Part shown: in pieces, positions 7,415-14,707 of the stretch
How positions within the stretch are numbered: the first letter of the stretch is position 1
Layout of the letters: every line of letters begins with the position of its first letter
Source: a virus
Reading direction: 5' to 3' (one strand)
DNA: 37,951 nucleotides
IMG/VR virus record: IMGVR_UViG_3300043036_000015
Location: 1 to 37,951 of that record
Notes under the pieces: generated by a model
The model's database searches: none
What the model was told of the DNA's origin: nothing
The model's input: only the letters and a program-made list of their open reading frames with translations
Translations under genes and position numbers: made by a program

Positions 7415-7632
7415 CCAAGATTAAACAATTCGTATACAAATTAAGGGGCTGTGAATGGTACGGGCTTTGTGAGGTTCAATCCATTGAGTCCCTGCCCTTG
7501 ATCGTTCGATGCACTGACCTGTACCTTGAAGGATACAGGGACGATAACCCTCCAGACATGAGGGACATTGTAGACTATCAGTTAGTCCTTGACATTGAAG
7601 ACATGGTAAGAATCGAGGCCGAGAATGCCTAA
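7411..7632 (+). CDS. Early protein, unknown function (GTG start)
   Basis: 73-aa ORF coupled to the upstream peptide. Confidence 0.5.
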   Translation: MTKIKQFVYKLRGCEWYGLCEVQSIESLPLIVRCTDLYLEGYRDDNPPDMRDIVDYQLVLDIEDMVRIEAENA

Positions 7633-7811
7633 GCCTAATCATTGGATTGTCTTGTGCATGGTCGCATGTGCCTACATTTTAGCGGGGTACTATGATTCGA
7701 TGGCTTATTGATCTAATCCTACCATCTAGGAAGCCTTGCCAAGGCCTCTAATCGGGCCTACAAGGGCCTCAAATCAATCAACTAAGGGCTACATAGCCAA
7801 AGGAGTGAATA

Positions 7812-8057
7812 ATGCACTGTATCGTGTGTGACAAGAATCTGAAAGATCATGAGGCTGTTCGCCGCCATGCCTTAACCAATGAATTCTTAGACATCTGTGA
7901 TGGCTGTTTGAAGGAAATACCGGGATTACCTACAAAGTCCCCTGCTGGCATGGTGTCAGATGCTGACCCTTTCGAGGAGACAGACGACACTGTGGATGTG
8001 GAGGCTATCAGTGGGTCTGTTACAAACTGTTACAACTTAAACGATGACGACTATTGA
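7812..8057 (+). CDS. Zinc-ribbon-like protein with an acidic C-terminal tail
   Basis: 81 aa with CxxC...CxxC spacing (CIVC...CDGC) and a D/E-rich tail. A strong AAAGGAG SD lies upstream. Confidence 0.65.
   Translation: MHCIVCDKNLKDHEAVRRHALTNEFLDICDGCLKEIPGLPTKSPAGMVSDADPFEETDDTVDVEAISGSVTNCYNLNDDDY
8018..8035 (+). promoter_or_regulatory. Direct repeat TGTTACAA-N2-TGTTACAA upstream of the 8054 promoter
   Basis: Read directly. It has the same spacing and a similar distance to the -35 as the repeat at 5563-5580. It lies within the 3' end of CDS 7812..8057. Confidence 0.4.
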
Positions 8058-8081
8058 CAGTTGGACAACCAGTGATATAAT
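8054..8081 (+). promoter_or_regulatory. Consensus sigma70 promoter (middle/replication genes)
   Basis: TTGACA-16 nt-TATAAT with an upstream TGa, followed by TTCTATATAG (compare TTACATATAG at 13991). Confidence 0.75.
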
Positions 8082-8130
8082 TTCTATATAGACACTAAGA
8101 CATTTCATAGATGTTAACCTACTAACAGAT

Positions 8131-8141
8131 ACTTAGTAAGT
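8131..8141. promoter_or_regulatory. Palindrome ACTTAgTAAGT in the leader downstream of the 8054 promoter
   Basis: It has the same half-sites as the palindromes at 4586-4613. Confidence 0.4.
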
Positions 8142-8217
8142 TATACATTGTATGTCTTTACTCTATAGTCCTTTAAAGTCTATATATGAGGTGTTGAAAT
8201 GAACGGAGTGAATGGAT

Positions 8218-8388
8218 ATGAGTGAGTTAGCTATTGACATGATGAACACTGAGGATGATGTCTTACAGTTTGAATGTTGGTATCATTCCGTGATGGATGA
8301 TGTGGCTAGTCTTATCCGTGCCAATGGCTACGATAAGATCATGTTTGACATACAGTGTGCAGTGGAACGGATGGAGGACAAGGTATGA
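8218..8388 (+). CDS. Small acidic protein (56 aa), unknown function
   Basis: Hand-translated: MSELAIDMMNTEDDVLQFECWYHSVMDDVASLIRANGYDKIMFDIQCAVERMEDKV. A GGAG SD lies upstream. Confidence 0.5.
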   Translation: MSELAIDMMNTEDDVLQFECWYHSVMDDVASLIRANGYDKIMFDIQCAVERMEDKV

Positions 8389-8457
8389 TTGTCTCTCTGT
8401 TTGTGGGTGTCTTAACATTTATCAAGGTGGTGCTGAAATGATGAACGGAGTGAATGT

Positions 8458-8736
8458 ATGAGTAAAGATAATCCTTATAGCTTAGTTGTCAATGTAGAGA
8501 ATGCTACCTGTGTTGTCGAGTTCGGTGTTACCGTTGGTGAGATCGACTGGGAGAACATTGAAGTGTTCTACAACAAGAAATTTAAGCGTGGCGCATATCA
8601 GAAATATGTTGCTGAGGAATGGACACAGGTTAATGACCTGATTCACGATAAGACTTGGCATTCTATTGAATCTCAGATCAAGGCACAATGGAGTGATGTA
8701 GAGGAACAGCAGAGGGGATATGATGAGCACTATTGA
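8458..8736 (+). CDS. Hypothetical protein
   Basis: 92-aa ORF. Its GGAGTGAATG leader is the same as that of the 8218 gene. Confidence 0.6.
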   Translation: MSKDNPYSLVVNVENATCVVEFGVTVGEIDWENIEVFYNKKFKRGAYQKYVAEEWTQVNDLIHDKTWHSIESQIKAQWSDVEEQQRGYDEHY

Positions 8737-9067
8737 CATGAAAGACGAAGCATTGGACAAGGCGCTGGAGGCGTTGGAAAAGATTTCCAGAACTCAATAC
8801 CACATTGAAACCCCGCCAATTGAAAGTCTTGAGGAGCAGATGCGGCGCATTGCTGACAAAGCCATCACCGCTTGTGAGCAAGCCCTTGCAGCACCTGTGC
8901 AGGAGCCTGTAAAACACTTAATGGTTGCTTACGAACTAGCTCAAAAAGAACTTGCCCGTTTAGTCAAAGAAAACTTTGGACAAATGCCTAGGAATGATAA
9001 ATGGGCCGACAGTGTTCTCGACTTGCGCAATAAACTTGAATCTCAAAAAACTGAAAGTAAAAAATGA
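8720..9067 (+). CDS. Hypothetical coiled-coil protein
   Basis: 115-aa ORF containing an APVQEPV segment that is also present in the next gene. Confidence 0.6.
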   Translation: MMSTIDMKDEALDKALEALEKISRTQYHIETPPIESLEEQMRRIADKAITACEQALAAPVQEPVKHLMVAYELAQKELARLVKENFGQMPRNDKWADSVLDLRNKLESQKTESKK

Positions 9068-9507
9068 AGGCTTATTGCAAAAACTGCCAATTAATACAAC
9101 CTGCCAGCTTTAGACTCGAAAAGGATGCCATAACAGGATCACATTACGAAGACTTGTGCTGCGATAGTTGCCACTTTATTGCCGCAACAATTCAAGAACG
9201 TGAGGCTCCTGCGCAACCCGCACCTGTGCAGGAGCCTGTGGCGTATTTGGTAACAGGGCCATATGAAAAGCGTTTATTTCCAGACCTTAATTCTGCCAAC
9301 GCATATTGCAGTGGGCTAAACAGAGGTTGGGGTAAAGAGGTTTACACAGTTAGCTCTCTCTACACCACCCCACCCACAGCACAGCGGCAATGGGTTGGGC
9401 TGACGGATGAGGAGATTGCTACGGCTTGGCCTTATGAATTAGGACTATTAGAGAAACAATTTGCCTTTAACTTAGAAGTCAAATTAAAGGAGAAGAACAA
9501 TGGCTAG
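9064..9507 (+). CDS. Hypothetical Cys-rich protein
   Basis: 147-aa ORF with an ATGA overlap upstream and an N-terminal CxxC...CxxC pattern. Confidence 0.6.
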   Translation: MKAYCKNCQLIQPASFRLEKDAITGSHYEDLCCDSCHFIAATIQEREAPAQPAPVQEPVAYLVTGPYEKRLFPDLNSANAYCSGLNRGWGKEVYTVSSLYTTPPTAQRQWVGLTDEEIATAWPYELGLLEKQFAFNLEVKLKEKNNG

Positions 9508-11104
9508 TAAATTCCTTCGTCATATCGCCTGTGAGCACTGTGGAAGCACTGACGCTAACAGCCTGTATGATGACGGCCATACACACTGCTTTGCCTGTAA
9601 CACTACAGAGCACGAGCATGAAGCTGAAGACAGACACGCCACGAGGCACAACATGGCACGAAAGATCGTGACAACAATGGATATTAGTACACCGGGCCTT
9701 ATGAAATCAATCCCTGATCGAGGAATCAGTCAGGCAACCTGTGAGAAGTATGGAGTAACCACAGATGGAGACAAACAATATTATCCTTACACTGACGGAG
9801 ACGGAGTTAGAACGGCTGTTAAACAACGCACTGTTTCTACAAAGAAATTCTCCATCTCAGGAGACTTCACAGGAGCAACACTATTCGGTCAGTCTCTCTT
9901 TCACGCTGGAGGAAAAGCTATCACCATCACAGAAGGAGAGCTGGACGCTCTCGCAGCTTTCCAGATGCAGGGGTCTATATACCCTACAGTGAGTATCCGT
10001 AATGGTGCTCAGGCTGCTTTGAAGGACTGTAAAGCACAGTACGAATGGATCAACAGCTTTGACTCTGTGGTCATCTGCTTTGATGGTGATGAGCCGGGTA
10101 AGAAGGCTGCCAAGGAAGTGGCTGAGTTGTTCGGTAACAAAGCCAAGATCATGCAGTACAAGGATGGCTACAAGGATGCTTGTGAGTACCTGATTGCAGG
10201 GGCAGGTAAGGAGTTTGTTAACGCATGGTGGAGAGCTAGTCCATATGTGCCTGACGGTATTGTTAACGCTGCTGACCTCTGGGAAGAAATCTCCAAACCA
10301 GAGCCGGTGGCAGAGGCACAGTACCCTTGGAAGGGTTTGAATAAGCTCTTGTACGGTATCCGACCTGCTGAGTTGATTACGGTTACCGCAGGCAGCGGCT
10401 TGGGTAAGAGTCAGTTCCTTCGAGAGATTCTGTTTAATCTGTTGAAGACAACTAGCTGGAATATCGGCGGGTTGTTCTTGGAGGAATCTACTCGTAAGAC
10501 AGCACGAAGTATCATGTCGCTACATGCTAACAAGCTGTTGCATCTGCCTGATACACCTACAACTGAACAGGAATTGAAGGAGGCTTTTGATGCTACTCTT
10601 GGCTCTAATCGTGTGTTTCTGTTTGACCACTTTGGTTCTTCTGACGTGGAAAACATTGCCAACCGTGTACGTTACATGGCTAAGGCGTGTGATTGTCGTG
10701 CTGTGTTTCTCGACCACCTATCTATCGTTATCTCTGGTCAAGATACCGGAGATGAGCGAAAGGCGATTGATGCTATGATGACCAAGCTACGGACACTGGT
10801 ACAGGAGCTGAATATCACTTTGATCTGTGTGAGTCACTTGAAACGACCACAGGGAAACCAAGGCCATGAGGATGGTGGTAGTGTGTCTCTGTCTCAGTTG
10901 CGAGGCTCAGGTGCTATCGCACAGTTGAGCGATGCAGTGATCACGCTGGAGCGTAACAGCATGGCTGAGAACGAGAATGAGCGACACTTGACCAAGATTG
11001 CAGTGGCAAAGAATCGATACAATGGCGAGACTGGCCCTGCTTGTAAGTTACAATACAATGGCTATACAGGACGTATGGTTGAAGTTGAGGAGGAAATACT
11101 ATGA
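9500..11104 (+). CDS. Bifunctional DNA primase-helicase (T7 gp4-like)
   Basis: 534 aa. N-terminal zinc ribbon CEHCGS...CFACN, TOPRIM motifs (ITEGELDALA, CFDGDEPG), Walker A GSGLGKS and Walker B VFLDHLS. Confidence 0.92.
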   Translation: MASKFLRHIACEHCGSTDANSLYDDGHTHCFACNTTEHEHEAEDRHATRHNMARKIVTTMDISTPGLMKSIPDRGISQATCEKYGVTTDGDKQYYPYTDGDGVRTAVKQRTVSTKKFSISGDFTGATLFGQSLFHAGGKAITITEGELDALAAFQMQGSIYPTVSIRNGAQAALKDCKAQYEWINSFDSVVICFDGDEPGKKAAKEVAELFGNKAKIMQYKDGYKDACEYLIAGAGKEFVNAWWRASPYVPDGIVNAADLWEEISKPEPVAEAQYPWKGLNKLLYGIRPAELITVTAGSGLGKSQFLREILFNLLKTTSWNIGGLFLEESTRKTARSIMSLHANKLLHLPDTPTTEQELKEAFDATLGSNRVFLFDHFGSSDVENIANRVRYMAKACDCRAVFLDHLSIVISGQDTGDERKAIDAMMTKLRTLVQELNITLICVSHLKRPQGNQGHEDGGSVSLSQLRGSGAIAQLSDAVITLERNSMAENENERHLTKIAVAKNRYNGETGPACKLQYNGYTGRMVEVEEEIL

Positions 11105-11268
11105 CAGTATGGCATGGAGGGAAAGGCTCAAGCAGTCGCCCAAGGCAGGTGAGTAACGAAGACTATGCAAACCGATGGGATGCTATCTTTCAGCGAGATA
11201 AGCCAAAGGAAGAACCTATTGGCAAGGCTTTGGAAGAGGAACCTTTGAAGGAAGATGAGAATGATTAG
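11101..11268 (+). CDS. Small conserved-looking protein (55 aa)
   Basis: Hand-translated: MTVWHGGKGSSSRPRQVSNEDYANRWDAIFQRDKPKEE... It has an ATGA overlap with the helicase stop. Confidence 0.5.
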   Translation: MTVWHGGKGSSSRPRQVSNEDYANRWDAIFQRDKPKEEPIGKALEEEPLKEDEND

Positions 11269-11413
11269 TATTGAACATCTAATCGTAGGAGCCACCGGAG
11301 TAGGTTACTTGGTGGTAGGTGTGCTACAATGGAGCAAGGGAGAAATCTCTAACGGGATGATCTGGACGGGCTATGCCTTTGCTCAGATTGGGTTGTGGCT
11401 TAATATCAAATGA
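11261..11413 (+). CDS. Small membrane protein (50 aa)
   Basis: Hand-translated: MISIEHLIVGATGVGYLVVGVLQWSKGEISNGMIWTGYAFAQIGLWLNIK, with two hydrophobic segments. Confidence 0.45.
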   Translation: MISIEHLIVGATGVGYLVVGVLQWSKGEISNGMIWTGYAFAQIGLWLNIK

Positions 11414-11424
11414 GGAGGAAGATC

Positions 11425-11646
11425 ATGCCTGACATTAGTATGTGTAACGATTATTCCTGTCCTAAGTTTGACAAGTGCTACCGAGCGCAGGCTAAACCTA
11501 GTGAGTACCGACAAGCATACTTTGCTAGTTCACCTCGTAGTGTAGACGGTTGCGAATACTTTAGCCCTTTGGAAAAAACAAATGAGAATAGTTCTCGACA
11601 TCGAAACAAACCTAGCACACGACAAGATTCACCTAGTCGTGACTAA
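11425..11646 (+). CDS. Cys-rich small protein, unknown function
   Basis: Track ORF 11410..11646. I prefer the ATG at 11425 with a GAGGAGG SD. It overlaps the DNA polymerase start by 65 nt in another frame. Confidence 0.5.
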   Translation: MPDISMCNDYSCPKFDKCYRAQAKPSEYRQAYFASSPRSVDGCEYFSPLEKTNENSSRHRNKPSTRQDSPSRD

Positions 11647-12832
11647 AGACATTGACACTGGAGAAGTACGCACATGGAAAGCAGCAAGCAACCTGCCGGA
11701 GTTTTTAAAGGACGCATCGTTGATAGTCATGCACAACGGCATAAGTTTCGATGCACCAGTATTGAATCGCTTATGGAAGACGAAGATTCGTTCGAGTCAA
11801 GTGTACGATACATTGATAGTAAGCAGGCTTCTCGACCCGAGCCGCGAGAACGGTCACAGCCTCGAAGCATGGGGACAAACTCTAGGCTTTCACAAGATTG
11901 ACTATGCTGCTGTATGGCGGTGGATGATGGACAGGAAGGAAGAGTATGCAGGAGAGTGTTTTGACAGCCCTATTGCTGGTCTTCTTGAGCATTACTGTGT
12001 TAGGGACGTTGAAGTTACTTGTAAGCTGTATCATCGGCTTAACAGTGACTTGGCTGAGAAGCAGTTTAGCCAAGAGAGTGTCGAACTCGAACACAGAGTA
12101 GCAGCAATCATATCAAAGCAAGAACGAAATGGATTCAAACTTGACCAAATCTACGCAACCTGTTTACTTACTGACATCAAGTCAAAAGTGGCAGGAATAT
12201 ATGAGCGAATGCAACAGAGATGGCCTCCTGTCACTCTTGAGCGATTCTCTGACAAAACAGGAAAGAGACTCAAGGACAGCGTGGTTACTTTCAACCCCGG
12301 AAGTAGACAGCAAATTGGGGAACGACTGAAGGAACTCGGATGGAAGCCCAAGGAGTTCACAGAGACAGGTATTCCAAAGGTAGATGAAACTATCTTAGCT
12401 AACATCAAGATTCCAGAAGCTCAGGTTATTGCTGAGTATCTGATGCTACAGAAACGTATCAGTCAGATTGAGTCTTGGATGGAAGCTGTAGGCAAGGATG
12501 GTAGGGTGCATGGTAAGGTCATTACTAACGGTGCTGTTACAGGCCGAATGACCCACAGTAGCCCTAACATGGCTCAGATCCCCAATGCAGGTTCCATCTA
12601 TGGGCCTGAGTGCCGGGAATGCTGGTCAGTTGAGGATGGTAATGTGTTGGTAGGTTGCGATGCTTCAGGTCTGGAGCTTCGTATGTTGGCTCACTATATG
12701 AAGGATGAAGATTATGTCAGAACTGTCTGTGAGGGATCATCTAAAGATGGAACGGATGTTCATACAGTTAACCAAAGAGCAGCAGGACTCTCTTCTAGAG
12801 ATAATGCAAAGACTTTTATCTACGCCTTCCTT
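11582..12832 (+). CDS. Family A DNA polymerase (T7 gp5-like), exon 1
   Basis: 417 codons. Exo I motif LDIETN sits near the N-terminus. The exon ends ...SRDNAKTFIYAFL, in the middle of motif B (O-helix), and a stop codon follows immediately. Confidence 0.9.
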
Positions 12833-12943
12833 TGACTAAATAGAGGCTTTACCTAGGAATAGGTATCGAAAATCCGGTGAACTCAGGGGAAGACCAGAAC
12901 GGTTAATCCTGAGCCAAGCAAGTAAGCTTATTGTAAGTCATTT

Positions 12944-12952
12944 ATGCTATAA
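12944..12952 (+). promoter_or_regulatory. Extended -10 element (TGcTATAAT) inside the intron, upstream of the endonuclease ORF
   Basis: Read directly. There is no good -35. An AAGGAG SD follows at 12969-12974. Confidence 0.4.
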
Positions 12953-12980
12953 TATAGGCTCCGTAACATAAGGAGTAGAT

Positions 12981-13424
12981 ATGACAGCATTAACACAAAC
13001 AGAATTGCAGTTTCGCCATCGTAGGACACTGAAAGGAACTATCTCTAACAAACTAATGTCAGCCAAGAAACGAGCAAGAAACGATAATTTATCTTTCGAG
13101 CTTGATAACGCTTACGTAACTTCTCTCTGGGAACAACAAGAAGGTAAGTGTGCAAAAACAGGTGTTGAGTTAGGACGTATTGGAGATAAGTGGTTATCCC
13201 CTTCCTTGGATCGCATTGATCCTTTACAAGGATACATAAAAGGGAATGTTCAGTGGACTTGTTGGAGATATAATGATGCTAAGAGTAACATGAGTGATGA
13301 TTCGTTTACTTCCATGTGTCTAGCAATCGCTGCTACTTATTTTAAGCAACTTGAAGGTGCAACGACTATCCCGAAAGGGAGTACATCCAAGCGGATGGAA
13401 GCGCCGGACAACCAGTTAGGTTGA
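12981..13424 (+). CDS. Intron-encoded HNH-type (His-Me finger) homing endonuclease (putative)
   Basis: 147-aa ORF with SLDRIDPLQGYIKGNVQWTCWRYNDAK, which resembles the xDRID..GY..xNvq....N..K pattern of many phage proteins annotated as HNH endonucleases. It has a strong SD, and its 3' end overlaps the ribozyme core. Confidence 0.65.
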   Translation: MTALTQTELQFRHRRTLKGTISNKLMSAKKRARNDNLSFELDNAYVTSLWEQQEGKCAKTGVELGRIGDKWLSPSLDRIDPLQGYIKGNVQWTCWRYNDAKSNMSDDSFTSMCLAIAATYFKQLEGATTIPKGSTSKRMEAPDNQLG

Positions 13425-13504
13425 TGATATAGTCTGCTCTACATAGGAATATGTAGCAGTTCGTAAGAACGGACAGAGCCTAGCGAACTCTGTTGAACAT
13501 TAGG

Positions 13505-13966
13505 TATGGTGCGGGAGATGCAAAGATTGGTAGTATTGTGGGGGGCAGTGCAAGAGATGGAACAAAGCTCAAAGCCAAGTTCCTCGCGCAAACACCGTCC
13601 CTCGCTAAACTTCTTGAACGAGTCGGAAAGCAAGCAGCAAAAGGATGGGTTCCCGGACTTGATGGGAGGCGTATTTGGGTTCGATCCGAGCATGCGGCTC
13701 TCAATTCGCTCCTCCAAGGGGCCGGAGCAATCGTGATGAAGAAGGCTCTCGTGATCTTTGATGACAAACGCAAGGCTAACAAATGGCCTGTGAAGTATGT
13801 CGCCAATGTCCACGATGAGGCCCAGCTAGAATGCCCTAAAGATATTGCTGAGGAGGTCGGTAAAGCCTTCAGACAAAGTATCATTGAGGCAGGGGAAGCT
13901 TACAGTTTACGGTGTCCACTAGATGGGGAGTACAAGATTGGTAGAAACTGGAGAGAAACACATTGA
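13505..13966 (+). CDS. Family A DNA polymerase, exon 2
   Basis: It begins YGAGDAKIGSIVGG..., which completes motif B, and contains motif C (NVHDEAQLE). The spliced product is 570 aa. Confidence 0.88.
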   Translation, partial: YGAGDAKIGSIVGGSARDGTKLKAKFLAQTPSLAKLLERVGKQAAKGWVPGLDGRRIWVRSEHAALNSLLQGAGAIVMKKALVIFDDKRKANKWPVKYVANVHDEAQLECPKDIAEEVGKAFRQSIIEAGEAYSLRCPLDGEYKIGRNWRETH

Positions 13967-13990
13967 CATTGCTTAAAAGCATGGTATAAT
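13963..13990 (+). promoter_or_regulatory. Consensus sigma70 promoter driving the tRNA and downstream genes
   Basis: TTGACA(13963-13968)-16 nt-TATAAT(13985-13990) with an upstream TGg. The -35 overlaps the polymerase stop codon. Confidence 0.75.
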
Positions 13991-14001
13991 TTACATATAG
14001 A

Positions 14002-14086
14002 GCGAGTGTGGTGGAATTGGTATACACAGCAGACTTAAAATCTGCCGCCGAAAGGATTGAGGGATCGTGACCCTCCACTCGCACCA
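14002..14086 (+). tRNA. tRNA-Leu (anticodon UAA), type II with long variable arm, encoded CCA
   Basis: Hand-folded. Acceptor GCGAGTG/CACTCGC; 3-bp D stem with GG in the loop; anticodon stem GCAGA/TCTGC with loop CTTAAAA; 13-nt variable region; T stem GAGGG/CCCTC; discriminator A followed by CCA. Confidence 0.85.
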
Positions 14087-14290
14087 GATATAGGGATCAA
14101 GAACTAGACGAGGTATATTGGATAGCTTCTGATATAGCCAAGTATGCAGTCCCTATAGGTAGTCTATCCTATGCCAAGCCTTAGCAGGCTCCCTTGTGGA
14201 ATTGAGGATAGCGTACTGCTACGTTAGCAACGTAATGCTAAGACGGAGAACGTAACCGTCACTTTTGAAACTTAAATAGGAAATTAAATC

Positions 14291-14707
14291 ATGGATAACA
14301 AACCAGTCAAAATCGCAGGTCAACTCTTCTGGGCTAACTGGATGAAGGAATTCAACACCAAGTTCAATGAAGACAACACCAAGTATGAGTGTACAATCGG
14401 TATGCTCTCTGACAAGGCTTGTGAAGCTCTGAAGGAGCAAGGTATTGTGATCAAGAACAAGGATACAATGGGTAACTACATTGTCGGTAAGTCCAAGTTC
14501 CTGTTCGAGCCAATGGACGCTGAAGGCAACGCTATTGACATCAGCAAGATCGGTAACGGCACTAAGGTGACAGCTTTGGTAGGTTCTTATCGCCACAAGA
14601 TGTCAGCTAAATTCGGTGCTGCTCCATCCATCAGCAAGATTATCGTGACTGACTTGGTTGTCTACGGTGCTGATGCTGAAGACGACAACGATGACGACAT
14701 CCTGTAA
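14291..14707 (+). CDS. Single-stranded DNA-binding protein (gp2.5-type, acidic C-terminal tail)
   Basis: 138 aa ending in the acidic tail ADAEDDNDDDIL. It sits in the replication module next to the exonuclease. Confidence 0.6.
   Translation: MDNKPVKIAGQLFWANWMKEFNTKFNEDNTKYECTIGMLSDKACEALKEQGIVIKNKDTMGNYIVGKSKFLFEPMDAEGNAIDISKIGNGTKVTALVGSYRHKMSAKFGAAPSISKIIVTDLVVYGADAEDDNDDDIL

Larger units (their letters stand above)
12833..13504 (+). mobile_element. Group I intron (subgroup IA-like) carrying a homing-endonuclease ORF
   Basis: It interrupts pol motif B. The last exon base is U12832, which can form a U-G pair in P1 (12829-12834 with 12841-12846). The terminal base is G13504. An R-like element GUGCAACGACUAUCC lies at 13357-13371 and an S-like GAUAUAGUC at 13426-13434 (P7 GACUA/UAGUC). 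P7.1 and P7.2 hairpins lie at 13369-13380 and 13384-13397. P3 pairs 12873-12877 with 13404-13408. P8 is at 13409-13423. Confidence 0.8.

Noticed and set aside
12833-13504. Alternative readings of the polymerase interruption: pseudogene or frameshift, intein, or two-subunit polymerase
   Set aside because: An in-frame stop follows exon 1 immediately and no intein blocks are present, which rules out an intein. The two halves join seamlessly in the middle of a catalytic helix. The insert shows P1-P9 pairings, R/S elements and a terminal G, so an intron is the simplest reading. The splice point could shift by 1 nt (12831/13504) without changing the protein.
13439-13884. Minus-strand ORFs of 124 and 134 aa opposite DNA polymerase exon 2
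   Set aside because: The plus frame encodes conserved family A motifs (YGAGDAKIG, NVHDEAQLE). The minus ORFs have no supporting signals.
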